DNA of 64,000 nucleotides from Minisyncoccota bacterium (GCA_041650415.1 JBAZLC010000003.1:2033-66032), one strand, 5' to 3'. Positions 45,631 to 54,280 are shown, counted from the first letter of the stretch. A program made the numbers and translations. Notes: generated by a model from the letters alone, not told the origin.

Positions 45631-46758
45631 TTACTCAAGATATTTTTTGCCCTTAAGTTTGTTCGGGAGTAAATCTTTTTCCGTGTATTTATCATAGCCC
45701 TTACCGTAGCCGATATCTTTCATAAATTTTGTGACGGCGTTTCTTAATTCCATCGGAATGGGCAGATTACCGTAAGTTTTCACGTCTTCCACGGCTTCAA
45801 AATAAGCGTCATGCGAACGCCGACTTTTTGGCGCGAGAGCCAGATACGCGACCCCATGAGCCAGATTTATAGCGCACTCGGGCAAACCGATTATTTCAAC
45901 CGCACGAAAAACATCGTTGGCGATTTTAAGAGCTCCAGACCCGGCTAGTCCAACGTCTTCGGAAGCGAATATTACCATCCGGCGGGCGATAAATTTTGGG
46001 TCTTCGCCGGATTCAACCATACGGGCTAAATAATAAAGTGCGGCATCAGGGTTTGAAGCCCGCATGCTTTTTATGAAAGCACTAATGGTATTGTAGTGTT
46101 CTTCGCCTTTTTTATCGTAGCGAATATGTTTTGATTGCAAAGCGTTTTTTAGAGTTTCAATATTTATTTCTTTATAAAGGCTTTGAGTTGTTTCAATAAG
46201 TCCTAAAAGCTGGCGGGCATCGCCGTTGGCGAAATTAACCAGCCATTCGCGAGCCGCTTTGTCCGGCGTTATTCCGGTGCTGTCTATAATCAATCCGAGT
46301 TCCTCGGGCGAGAGTTCGTTTAAAACAAAAATCCGGCAGCGTGAAAGAAGCGGAGCGATGATTTCAAAACTCGGGTTTTCCGTGGTCGCGCCTATTAAAG
46401 TCAGCCTGCCGCTTTCGACGTAAGGGAGTAAGAAATCTTGCTGGGCCTTATTAAACCGGTGAATTTCGTCTAAAAATAAAATAGTCGGTTTTAATCCTTG
46501 CTGATTTTTTACGATTTCTTTTATATCGTCTTTTCCGGCTGAAACCGCCGAAAGTTCGACTAAGTCGGCGTTTAAAGACTTGGCGTAAATTTTGGCAAGT
46601 GTGGTTTTACCGACTCCGGGCGGGCCCCACAAAACAAAAGAGAATAAATGCTTCTTTTCTATGGCTTCACGAATTGGCTTGCCCGGCCCGACTAAGTGTT
46701 TTTGACCTATGAAATCGTCAAGCGATTTAGGCCTTATTTTTGCGGCTAAAGGTTGCAT
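45631..46758 (-). CDS. rarA: Replication-associated recombination protein A (RarA/MgsA AAA+ ATPase)
   Basis: LAAKIRPKSLDDFIGQKHLVG...LWGPPGVGKTTLA, with a MgsA C-terminal domain. Confidence 0.88.
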   Translation of the reverse strand: MQPLAAKIRPKSLDDFIGQKHLVGPGKPIREAIEKKHLFSFVLWGPPGVGKTTLAKIYAKSLNADLVELSAVSAGKDDIKEIVKNQQGLKPTILFLDEIHRFNKAQQDFLLPYVESGRLTLIGATTENPSFEIIAPLLSRCRIFVLNELSPEELGLIIDSTGITPDKAAREWLVNFANGDARQLLGLIETTQSLYKEINIETLKNALQSKHIRYDKKGEEHYNTISAFIKSMRASNPDAALYYLARMVESGEDPKFIARRMVIFASEDVGLAGSGALKIANDVFRAVEIIGLPECAINLAHGVAYLALAPKSRRSHDAYFEAVEDVKTYGNLPIPMELRNAVTKFMKDIGYGKGYDKYTEKDLLPNKLKGKKYLE

Positions 46759-46841
46759 ATATCCGCAGTTTAAATCTTGTTAAGAGTATTTTCAAGACGC
46801 CTGGAAAAGCATAAAAAAGCGAGATATGGTAAAATTAATTA

Positions 46842-47729
46842 ATGGAACCAGAGAACAAAAATCGGATTTTTATTATTATTGCGGTGCTTTTATCAGTAGT
46901 AATTATCATGGCCGCGGCGTATTTTTATTTATTGCTTTATAAGGAGTCACTGGAATTAAAAAATTCTTTGGATATCGCCAAAGAAAATATCAGCCGCGCT
47001 CAAAAAGACAACGCGGATTTACAAGAGGCGAATGATAATCTTTCAGAAAGCCTGGCGGCATCGCAGGCGCAAAACGCCGTGTTTGAATCGCAGATTCGGG
47101 AAATTTCAGGAACCGTGGGAACTCTGCAAAAATTAAGCCAAACAGATCCCGAACTTCTTAAAAAATATTCTAAAGTTTATTTTTTGAGCGAAAATTATAT
47201 TCCGGCAAAACTTGTTCAGATAGATTCTCAATATCTTTGGGAAAAAGCTAAGCCTCAGCAAATTCAAGGGGACACGGCGCCGTTTCTTACGAATATGCTT
47301 ATTATGGCAAGCAGCAGCGGAATCAACTTGGAGATTGTTTCGGCTTATCGCTCGTTTTACGACCAGCTGCTCACAAAAACAAGTTACAAAGTCCTTTATG
47401 GTTCGGGCGCAAATCAATTTTCTGCGGATCAGGGATATTCCGAACACCAATTAGGCACGACAGTTGATTTAACCGTGCCAAAGCTTAATGGTTTGTCTTT
47501 ACAATTTGAGAACGACGACGCCTACGCCTGGCTAAGGGGCAATGCTTACAAATTCGGATTCGTCCTTTCATATCCGAAAAATAACTCTTATTACCAATTT
47601 GAGCCGTGGCATTGGAGATTTGTCGGCATCGCTTTGGCGACAAAATTGCATACTGAAAACAAGAATTTCTACGACTTAACCCAGCGTGAAATTGACGAGT
47701 ATCTTATCTCTCTTTTTGATTCGCAGTAA
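46842..47729 (+). CDS. D-alanyl-D-alanine carboxypeptidase, peptidase M15B (VanY-like), membrane-anchored with coiled coil
   Basis: SAYRSFYDQ...HQLGTTVDL...EPWHWRFVG, the VanY zinc-peptidase motifs. Confidence 0.75.
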   Translation: MEPENKNRIFIIIAVLLSVVIIMAAAYFYLLLYKESLELKNSLDIAKENISRAQKDNADLQEANDNLSESLAASQAQNAVFESQIREISGTVGTLQKLSQTDPELLKKYSKVYFLSENYIPAKLVQIDSQYLWEKAKPQQIQGDTAPFLTNMLIMASSSGINLEIVSAYRSFYDQLLTKTSYKVLYGSGANQFSADQGYSEHQLGTTVDLTVPKLNGLSLQFENDDAYAWLRGNAYKFGFVLSYPKNNSYYQFEPWHWRFVGIALATKLHTENKNFYDLTQREIDEYLISLFDSQ

Positions 47730-47734
47730 ATAAT

Positions 47735-48106
47735 TTACTTATTTGTTGGCGAATAAAAAACAAATTTATATCCGTCCGGGTCTTTGACGACAAATTCCCG
47801 TTTGCCCCACGGCCAGGTTTTCGGCTCGGTGCGGGGGACTACGCCGTTGTTTTTAATGAATTCAAAATATTTATCTATGTCTTCAACTTCAATATAAGTA
47901 TAAATGCCTGTTCCTTTTGGCTTAATGCCCGACTCGTTTTTAATCGGCGTTTTGTTTTCATCAATAAAAGCGAGAGTAAAATCGCCAAGTTTAATACGGA
48001 CGCCGTCATCGGATTTTTTCGCGTCAAAACCGAGCTGTTTATAAAACTCGTGAGTTTTTTCGAGATTACTGGCGTAAAATAAATTTGAATGTATGCGTTT
48101 AATCAT
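47735..48106 (-). CDS. VOC/glyoxalase-bleomycin resistance family protein
   Basis: 123 aa with a glyoxalase-like beta-alpha-beta-beta-beta pattern. Confidence 0.6.
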   Translation of the reverse strand: MIKRIHSNLFYASNLEKTHEFYKQLGFDAKKSDDGVRIKLGDFTLAFIDENKTPIKNESGIKPKGTGIYTYIEVEDIDKYFEFIKNNGVVPRTEPKTWPWGKREFVVKDPDGYKFVFYSPTNK

Positions 48107-48125
48107 GTATAGATTTTATTTTAAA

Positions 48126-48515
48126 TTATCTTTTCCACTCCGCGACTTCGGGGTGAAAATCTACTTGGCGTTCCGGTATCCCAAGCGATAACCCGTAACG
48201 CTTTGCTTCATCGTATTGTTCTTTGTTTTTCCTATCCACATAAAAAATCTTGTTTCGGAAAATAATATAGTGGTGCGTTTCATTTTTAAAATCGGCGTAC
48301 CATTCGTGGTCGGGGTCAAGCGACTTGCTGATTATTTCGGCAATCTCTTTAGCTTTATTCTCCGGGATTTTAACGGTATATAACGTCCATTGCGAAAGCC
48401 ATGGTGTTTCATGTTCTTCCGTCACTTCTTCAACCTCGGTGCTTAAAATCTCAATACTTTCAAGGACATCTCTACTTTCCAAACTTTCTTCAATTATTAC
48501 TCCTTTGTAGTCCAT
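48126..48515 (-). CDS. Hypothetical protein (129 aa)
   Basis: ORF with no recognisable family. Confidence 0.4.
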   Translation of the reverse strand: MDYKGVIIEESLESRDVLESIEILSTEVEEVTEEHETPWLSQWTLYTVKIPENKAKEIAEIISKSLDPDHEWYADFKNETHHYIIFRNKIFYVDRKNKEQYDEAKRYGLSLGIPERQVDFHPEVAEWKR

Positions 48516-48565
48516 ACCAAGTTTATTATATCAAAAAATCGTTGTTTTGGAGAGGGAAGCTATAT

Positions 48566-48594
48566 TGACAAAATCAAACAAATCTGTTATAATA
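48566..48594 (+). promoter_or_regulatory. Consensus sigma70 promoter (TTGACA, 17-nt spacer, TATAAT)
   Basis: TTGACA at 48566-48571 and TATAAT at 48589-48594, read by eye. It is divergent from the 48126..48515 gene. Confidence 0.6.
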
Positions 48595-48600
48595 TAGGCG

Positions 48601-48895
48601 GAAGGGATGAGAAAAAATTCTTTCCTGAACTGGCAAAATGCCATTTCAAAAGTTCTTTACAATAAGAAACTGGGTAGCGGAGCGTACTAGACTAAATCGA
48701 GAATTCATATTTTTACATTTTTCCTTTATTTTTCTCATATAAAGAATTCTCGATTCCTCTCCATATCTTCAGTCCTTGCCGGAACCATACAATTTTTCTT
48801 TTCCGGGAATTGGACCAACTGAAGATGGAGAGGATAGCTTTCGCCATCCCATCCCTTATAAAGGAGACTCTCGCGAGCCTCCTTTCTTTTTTTAT
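48601..48895 (+). ncRNA. Candidate ~300-nt structured ncRNA of unknown class (consensus promoter to intrinsic terminator, no convincing ORF)
   Basis: 5' AAGGGATG pairs with 3' CATCCCTT. CGAGAATTC (~48700) pairs with GAATTCTCG (~48746). CTCTCCATATCTTCAGT pairs with ACTGAAGATGGAGAG as a long helix. The terminator is AAAGGAG-ACTCTCGCGAGC-CTCCTTT plus a T-run at 48860-48895. The only ORF is 27 codons (48608-48691). Confidence 0.45.
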
Positions 48896-48936
48896 ATTTA
48901 TTTTGTCGTGGATAATGATGGTTTGGGGATTACTTA

Positions 48937-49827
48937 TTAATTAGTGTTAATAAATATTTTTAATACCCTTGATTCAATTTTTTTAATAAATTTTTCCCAT
49001 CGACCATCTTCTATTTTATCGCTATGTTTTAAAGGACCAATATTTTCTTGAGATAAAATATAATTTTGTTTATTTATATCGCTAAGATTAATAAAATAAA
49101 ATTGATTGTTAAGTTCTTTTGTTTCTTCGTTAAATGGAGATGCTATAAGAAAATTATCATATTTTTCTAAAACAGCCATTTTTATATTTCCATTTGAAAC
49201 TATATAGAGATGAGCATTTTGTGCTATTCTATGCCCCAAATCTTGACAAAAAGTTATCATTAGTAAAATTATAAATAATATCAACGAAAAAAAACCGAAC
49301 GAGCTTTTTCCAAACCATCTTTTAATCTGATTTTCTAAAAAGAATTTGTCTAAAAAAAATGTTATTATTGGTTCCTTTTCGTTTTTTTCTTTAAATTTCG
49401 GGACTAAAGTGAAAAGAATTAAAATATAGAGAAAAAATAAAGATGTAACAATCAAACCTTCAATAAGGATATATAAGTACGATTTCGTAATAAAAGCTCT
49501 CATGAACCAGATTGGTATACTATAAGCAAAAAAGACACTTAAAAATTGAATTTGTACGGAGTCTTTTTTTTGAGCAATGAGCCTATAGACGAGTTTCGCC
49601 ATCATTCCCGCCATAAGTAAAGATAGAAAGATAAAAAAAGAAACAAATACTATTTCAAACGTAGAGATATTTATAAATTTTGATGGTATTCCAAAATAAT
49701 CAAAATAAGCACTTCTATATACAGACGCAAGCCCATATCCGAGAGAAGTTAGTAGTCCTAAAAAAATTGCGTCGCTAAAAAATCTACCTAGATTATTATT
49801 TTGTTTTGTTTTTGATGTATTTTCCAT
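48937..49827 (-). CDS. Hypothetical polytopic membrane protein, very AT-rich (296 aa)
   Basis: Long ORF with multiple TM helices. It is a compositional outlier, noticeably more AT-rich than neighbours. Confidence 0.5.
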   Translation of the reverse strand: MENTSKTKQNNNLGRFFSDAIFLGLLTSLGYGLASVYRSAYFDYFGIPSKFINISTFEIVFVSFFIFLSLLMAGMMAKLVYRLIAQKKDSVQIQFLSVFFAYSIPIWFMRAFITKSYLYILIEGLIVTSLFFLYILILFTLVPKFKEKNEKEPIITFFLDKFFLENQIKRWFGKSSFGFFSLILFIILLMITFCQDLGHRIAQNAHLYIVSNGNIKMAVLEKYDNFLIASPFNEETKELNNQFYFINLSDINKQNYILSQENIGPLKHSDKIEDGRWEKFIKKIESRVLKIFINTN

Positions 49828-49919
49828 TATTTTTTATAATTACATTTTTTCATTCTTGATTGACTCCCGATGTCATAATTGTATATCAAAAATTGACATT
49901 ATCAAACCGAAATTTTTAA

Positions 49920-49948
49920 TTGACGTCTTTCTTGATTTGGGTTATTAT
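49920..49948 (+). promoter_or_regulatory. Putative promoter (TTGACG, 17-nt spacer, TATTAT), followed by a CCTGT/ACAGG hairpin and a strong SD, for the pyrF-pyrE fusion
   Basis: Read by eye. AAGGAGGT lies 8 nt before the ATG at 50012. Confidence 0.4.
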
Positions 49949-50011
49949 CCTGTCAGCAAACAGGGAGCATTTATTGCTTTATTTTACAACTAAACAAGGA
50001 GGTAAAAGGTT

Positions 50012-51316
50012 ATGTTAGCAAGAGAAAGGATTATCGTCGCGTTGGATGTTGGTGACATGGACAAGGCCTTGTTTTTTGTGAGCCTCCTCGCTTCCCGGGG
50101 AGTGTGTTTCAAGGTCGGACTAGAGCTCATAACTTCGGTTGGCGGGCCGGAAATCACCAAAACCATGAGTATGCTCAACGGCAGAGTTTTCTACGACGGG
50201 AAGTTCAATGACATTCCCAACACAATCGCCGGAGCCGCCAAAGCGGTCGCCAAGATGAAGGTGAAGATGTTCAATTTGCACGCTTCATCTGGCATCGAAG
50301 GCATGCGGGCGGCCGTGGCAAACAAAGGCCAGTCGCTTGTCCTGGCAGTGACCGTTCTCACCTCGCTTGAGGAGAACAATGCCCATCTGATTTTCGGCGC
50401 GCCGAGCAAGGCGAAAGTCTTGCAGTTCGCGCGCGACGCGAAACTCGCCGGCTGCGACGGCATCGTTTGCTCGCCGCAGGAACTCGAATTCCTCGCGAAG
50501 AACGACGAGGTCAAAAGCCTGCTTAAGGTCACGCCTGGAATCCGGGCATCCAATGCAGCGCCTGACGACCAGAAAAGGACTCTGACGCCGGAAGAGGCGG
50601 CATACAAGGGCGCGGATTTCCTGGTCATCGGACGACCCATCACGACCGCGAAAGACCCGGTTGAGGCGGTCCTGGAAATCTCGGCGGAAATCGCCAGAGG
50701 GCTGAAAAAGAAACTCCACATGCTTCTGTTCAATTCGCAGAAGATTAAGTTTGGGGCTTTCAAACTCAAACTTCATGAAGAGTTCCCCAATGCGCCGCTG
50801 TCGCCGATTTACATGGACATCAGGAACCTGTCCGAGCCAGCCTACGCGCTTATCGGAGATATCCTGCACGAATTCGTCGTGCGAAACGGCATCGAGTTCG
50901 ACTACGTCATCGGAATCCCGAAGGCGGGCGAACCCATCGGCCGCGCTCTGGCGAACGCAATCGGCAAACCGCTTCTGCGGATGGGAAAGATCGAAGACAA
51001 GGGCAGCCGGAAGATCTCGGCGAATATTCTCGACCAGTTCGAGCCGGGCAAACGCGTCATTTTGGTGGATGATGTTATCACTAAGGCGGACACCAAGAGA
51101 GAAGCCATTAACGCCGTGAAGGCAAACGGTCTCGAGGTGGCGGCCACTGTGGTGCTCTACGACCGGCAACAGGGCGGCCTGCATGACCTACTCAGTGAAG
51201 GCAATCACGCCTACGCCGTTACCACACTGGAAGACACTCTCAGTTTTCTCGTTAGTGAGAAGAAAATCTCCAGCGAGAAGATGGACGACGTCATGGCGTA
51301 CATAACCGCAAAATAG
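50012..51316 (+). CDS. Bifunctional orotidine-5'-phosphate decarboxylase (N-terminal) / orotate phosphoribosyltransferase (C-terminal) fusion
   Basis: N-terminal IIVALDV...KVGLEL...DGKFNDIPNT matches the PyrF type. The C-terminal PRTase motif VILVDDVITKADT with flanking IGIPKAGEPIG matches PyrE. The gene is ~55% GC with a canonical SD. Confidence 0.75.
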   Translation: MLARERIIVALDVGDMDKALFFVSLLASRGVCFKVGLELITSVGGPEITKTMSMLNGRVFYDGKFNDIPNTIAGAAKAVAKMKVKMFNLHASSGIEGMRAAVANKGQSLVLAVTVLTSLEENNAHLIFGAPSKAKVLQFARDAKLAGCDGIVCSPQELEFLAKNDEVKSLLKVTPGIRASNAAPDDQKRTLTPEEAAYKGADFLVIGRPITTAKDPVEAVLEISAEIARGLKKKLHMLLFNSQKIKFGAFKLKLHEEFPNAPLSPIYMDIRNLSEPAYALIGDILHEFVVRNGIEFDYVIGIPKAGEPIGRALANAIGKPLLRMGKIEDKGSRKISANILDQFEPGKRVILVDDVITKADTKREAINAVKANGLEVAATVVLYDRQQGGLHDLLSEGNHAYAVTTLEDTLSFLVSEKKISSEKMDDVMAYITAK

Positions 51317-51340
51317 GGAACTCGACAATTCCCAAAAACC

Positions 51341-51378
51341 AAAAAGCCCCGCAATTTGCATCGCGGGGCGTTTTTTTA
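51341..51378 (+). terminator. Intrinsic terminator (GCCCCGC...GCGGGGC plus TTTTTTT)
   Basis: AAAAAGCCCCGCAATTTGCATCGCGGGGCGTTTTTTTATC. Confidence 0.65.
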
Positions 51379-51387
51379 TCTAAAAAA

Positions 51388-51564
51388 TTATAATCCTAAA
51401 GCTCCAAGCGCTTTGTAAATCAGGAATGCCGGCCAAACAATGGCTTTTAATACGCCGAGGACTCCCATCCAGAATGTATCCGCGTGCTGGATGAAATAGA
51501 CCAAAGCGCCTATCAAGCCTAAGCCGTATATGGCGCCTGAAGCGCCGCCGCCAGAATGACACAT
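51388..51564 (-). CDS. Hypothetical small hydrophobic protein (58 aa, 2 TM)
   Basis: Minus-strand ATG...TAA ORF MCHSGGGASGAIYGLGLIGALVYFIQHADTFWMGVLGVLKAIVWPAFLIYKALGALGL. It is in a different frame from the low-complexity 60-aa ORF on the track. Confidence 0.35.
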   Translation of the reverse strand: MCHSGGGASGAIYGLGLIGALVYFIQHADTFWMGVLGVLKAIVWPAFLIYKALGALGL

Positions 51565-51607
51565 ATTTTAAATATATAAATAAATTAATTATTCGACCTT
51601 GTATTTA

Positions 51608-52348
51608 TTAATTTGATTTTACACGGAAGGTAATTAAATAATTTTCTTGCCCTATTGTCGCGCTTGCGACGCGTGAAGGTTTTACATTTTCGATAGAAAT
51701 TTGATATGAATCAAAAGCCACAGGTGGTTTATTTGAAGATACGTCTATCGTTTCTTTATCGGTATCACTTTCAAGCGTTATATTGGTTGTTACCCAGCCG
51801 GCCTGGATACATTTGACATCAATCGGGCAGCGGCTATCTTTGACTATTTTATTAAGCGTTATGCGAACGCCATTTATAAAAACGCTTTTTCTAATACTAA
51901 TTTCTCCAAGAGTCGGGTCGCCGGCATCTCCGGGAAGTTCTTCCAGACGGTCAACAGATAAAGTGGCGCCTTCGGTAAAGTTTCCAAATACTTGGACTTT
52001 TTGATTGATAAGCTGACCCACGACATTGCTTACTTTAATAATAAGTGGCATCGAATAAGCTACGTCTCCACCGCTGTTTTCAGGCGAACCGAGAATAAGA
52101 AAAAATCCGTCTCCCGTTTGTTTTAAAATTCCGGTAAACGACGGCTGATTAGGGCATGCTTTGAATTCGCATTTTGGTCCGGTTCTGCCGACATACGAAC
52201 CATCAGGGCAAATCAAAGCTTCTTGAGTGCAAAAAACTTGTTCGGGAACTTCGGATTTTTGATTAACAAACCAATAAACGCCGTAAGCGCCACCGCCGAT
52301 TATTACAATTGCGAGAATGCTAAAAATAATTTTTGTTTGAGTTTTCAT
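51608..52348 (-). CDS. Hypothetical secreted/membrane-anchored protein (246 aa)
   Basis: N-terminal TM/signal and a cysteine-containing extracytoplasmic domain; no family recognised. Confidence 0.45.
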   Translation of the reverse strand: MKTQTKIIFSILAIVIIGGGAYGVYWFVNQKSEVPEQVFCTQEALICPDGSYVGRTGPKCEFKACPNQPSFTGILKQTGDGFFLILGSPENSGGDVAYSMPLIIKVSNVVGQLINQKVQVFGNFTEGATLSVDRLEELPGDAGDPTLGEISIRKSVFINGVRITLNKIVKDSRCPIDVKCIQAGWVTTNITLESDTDKETIDVSSNKPPVAFDSYQISIENVKPSRVASATIGQENYLITFRVKSN

Positions 52349-52881
52349 TTTGTAAAAAATTCTTCCATTTTATCTAATGCTTGCAGGTTGGGAAAATCCG
52401 TTATTATTTTTCTTGCTTCATCTATGCTGAGCCATTTTGTATCGTGAAATTCTTTTAAATCGACATTAAATTCGGAGCCGTCGGTTTCAAATCGATACCA
52501 TATATCCAGATGCTCTTTGCAAGGTTGAACCGTATTATTGATCGGCGTAATTGTAAGTAAAAATGGCTTTATTTTCTCTTTAATTTTGTTTTCTATGCCA
52601 AGTTCTTCTTGAATTTCTCTATTTAGAGTTTGCATCAAGTTTTCTCCTTCATCTATATGACCGCCTGGGGATAGCCACAGACCGGATTTTTTATGATGAA
52701 TTATAAATACTTGTTTAGTTTTTGAATTATAAGGTAGAAAATAACAACAAAAATGGCTTATTGGATTTTCATCTCTTGTAAGCTTGCCTTCATCAACCCT
52801 TTTTAGGAAATAATTATATATGTCTTCAACACAAATATTTTGACTAAATTCATTTTTAATATAATCGTATGAATTATTCAT
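52345..52881 (-). CDS. NUDIX hydrolase
   Basis: Nudix box GGHIDEGENLMQTLNREIQEELGIE. Confidence 0.8.
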   Translation of the reverse strand: MNNSYDYIKNEFSQNICVEDIYNYFLKRVDEGKLTRDENPISHFCCYFLPYNSKTKQVFIIHHKKSGLWLSPGGHIDEGENLMQTLNREIQEELGIENKIKEKIKPFLLTITPINNTVQPCKEHLDIWYRFETDGSEFNVDLKEFHDTKWLSIDEARKIITDFPNLQALDKMEEFFTK

Positions 52882-52956
52882 ATTAAACTATTATAAAGGT
52901 TTTCTTGAGGTCGGAAAAGGGGACTAACTGATTAGTCTCAGTCGTGTTATGTAAAT

Positions 52957-53436
52957 TTAATGAGATGCAAGATATTGGTCAAAAAGTTTAATAATTTGCG
53001 TGTCTTTTAGCTCTCTCTTGCTTTGCCGGTAGCCATCCCTTGAGCTAAAGATATATGCCTTACGGAAAGCTGTTGGCGACAGAGTGGCAATAGTTAGATT
53101 TTCAATTTGGATATTAACAACATCATGAAGTGAGTCACAGATTTGATCTTTAATGAGAATATCTTTTTCTGCGAATGAAATTTTCTCCCCGGTCCCGTCA
53201 ATAAATTCATGTTCATTTTTATCAAAAACAAAAAATCCATTTTTCTGCATAAATTCCTTGAGTTTACTCCAATCTTCATTTAGCAATTTTGAATCTATAA
53301 GCAGATCTATATCATTAACTGTTTTGAACGGTCCCAAATAAAGTGAAGCGCCCGCAGAGCCGTATAAAAGAGATTTAATCCCTTCGTTTTGAAGTAGTTG
53401 AATAATTTTAATTATTCTCTCGTGTAGGTTTTCCAT
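52957..53436 (-). CDS. Nucleotidyltransferase-fold protein (Pol-beta superfamily, ANT/LinB-like)
   Basis: LYGSAGASLYLG...NDIDLLI fits the GS...DxD nucleotidyltransferase motif. Confidence 0.5.
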   Translation of the reverse strand: MENLHERIIKIIQLLQNEGIKSLLYGSAGASLYLGPFKTVNDIDLLIDSKLLNEDWSKLKEFMQKNGFFVFDKNEHEFIDGTGEKISFAEKDILIKDQICDSLHDVVNIQIENLTIATLSPTAFRKAYIFSSRDGYRQSKRELKDTQIIKLFDQYLASH

Positions 53437-53440
53437 TTTG

Positions 53441-53512
53441 CTGCGGGGCTAGGAATCGAACCTAGAACTTCAGATCCAGAGTCTGACGTGTTGCCAATTG
53501 CACCACCCCGCA
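53441..53512 (-). tRNA. tRNA-Gln (anticodon CTG)
   Basis: A manual cloverleaf from the reverse complement: acceptor TGCGGGG/CCCCGCA with a U1:A72 pair, U8, a short D-stem (GTG/CAC) and anticodon stem TCAGA/TCTGA. The anticodon loop is CTCTGGA with anticodon CUG. The T-stem is CTAGG/CCTAG with loop TTCGATT. The discriminator is G, and no CCA is encoded. Confidence 0.8.
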
Positions 53513-53523
53513 AGATTTAACTT

Positions 53524-54225
53524 TTAAAGATTATTATAATTCCGGAAATTTATCAAATTTTTAAACTCGTACACCTCTTTTTTTCTGGATATTTGAATTT
53601 TATATCTGCTTTTATTGGGCTTAAATCCTAATTTTTTTAAACTCGCATATACAATATTAAGCAGGGAAGTATTTTTATTTGAGAAGAAAATTTTATATGT
53701 GCTCGTAGGCAGATGAACGCAAAAACTTCCCTCGGCTTCATATAGACCTCTTAAAAAACTTACCAAATAGTCGTTATTTTCACAAATCCATTTCGGTAGT
53801 TTAAAATTTAATTTAGCGCGGTTTCCGCTTGGAATCCCTAATCTTTTACTGACAAATTTTTCGTAAACGCTTATTTTTACGCAATTTGAATTTTTAACTT
53901 TCATATAGGTCGGTTTTTTAGAGAAAATCTTCTCAATAATACCGCCGTATCTATTTATAAATCCTTTATTTTTGGAATTGCACGAAATTATAAGCCGTTC
54001 GGTTCGCGGGAATTTACCGATATGTCCATCTCCAAGTACAACACCGACTAATTCCGCCAGATATTTATCTTTTTTAAAATCCGGGTAGTTGCTTTTAATT
54101 TTACCTGCGGCCTTCATTTTGTCCGCCCATTTTTTGAAATTGTTAATTTTCTTCCGCTTAAAAGTTTCGGAGATTTTCTTTACGCTTGGATGCGTTTCTT
54201 TTGTAAGCCCCTTATTCCATGGCAT
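53524..54225 (-). CDS. Free-standing double-motif LAGLIDADG homing endonuclease
   Basis: Two LAGLIDADG motifs, LAELVGVVLGDGHI and LVSFLRGLYEAEGSF, in a 233-aa protein wedged between dnaX and tRNA-Gln. Confidence 0.75.
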   Translation of the reverse strand: MPWNKGLTKETHPSVKKISETFKRKKINNFKKWADKMKAAGKIKSNYPDFKKDKYLAELVGVVLGDGHIGKFPRTERLIISCNSKNKGFINRYGGIIEKIFSKKPTYMKVKNSNCVKISVYEKFVSKRLGIPSGNRAKLNFKLPKWICENNDYLVSFLRGLYEAEGSFCVHLPTSTYKIFFSNKNTSLLNIVYASLKKLGFKPNKSRYKIQISRKKEVYEFKNLINFRNYNNL

Positions 54226-54280
54226 TAAATAATAATACCATATTTCAGGATTTTATACTACCACTAGACGAATTAAGAAT

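Noticed and set aside
48601-48895. Identity of the candidate ncRNA as tmRNA, RNase P RNA or 6S RNA
   Set aside because: No tRNA-like T-arm or CCA end, and no P4 GGAAAGUCCGG-type motif. 6S cannot be excluded by eye, so it is kept as 'unknown class'.
50191-51184. Minus- and alternate-frame ORFs (192, 299, 122 and 81 aa) over the pyrF-pyrE gene
   Set aside because: Shadow ORFs typical of GC-rich coding DNA; the plus-strand frame has clear PyrF and PyrE motifs.
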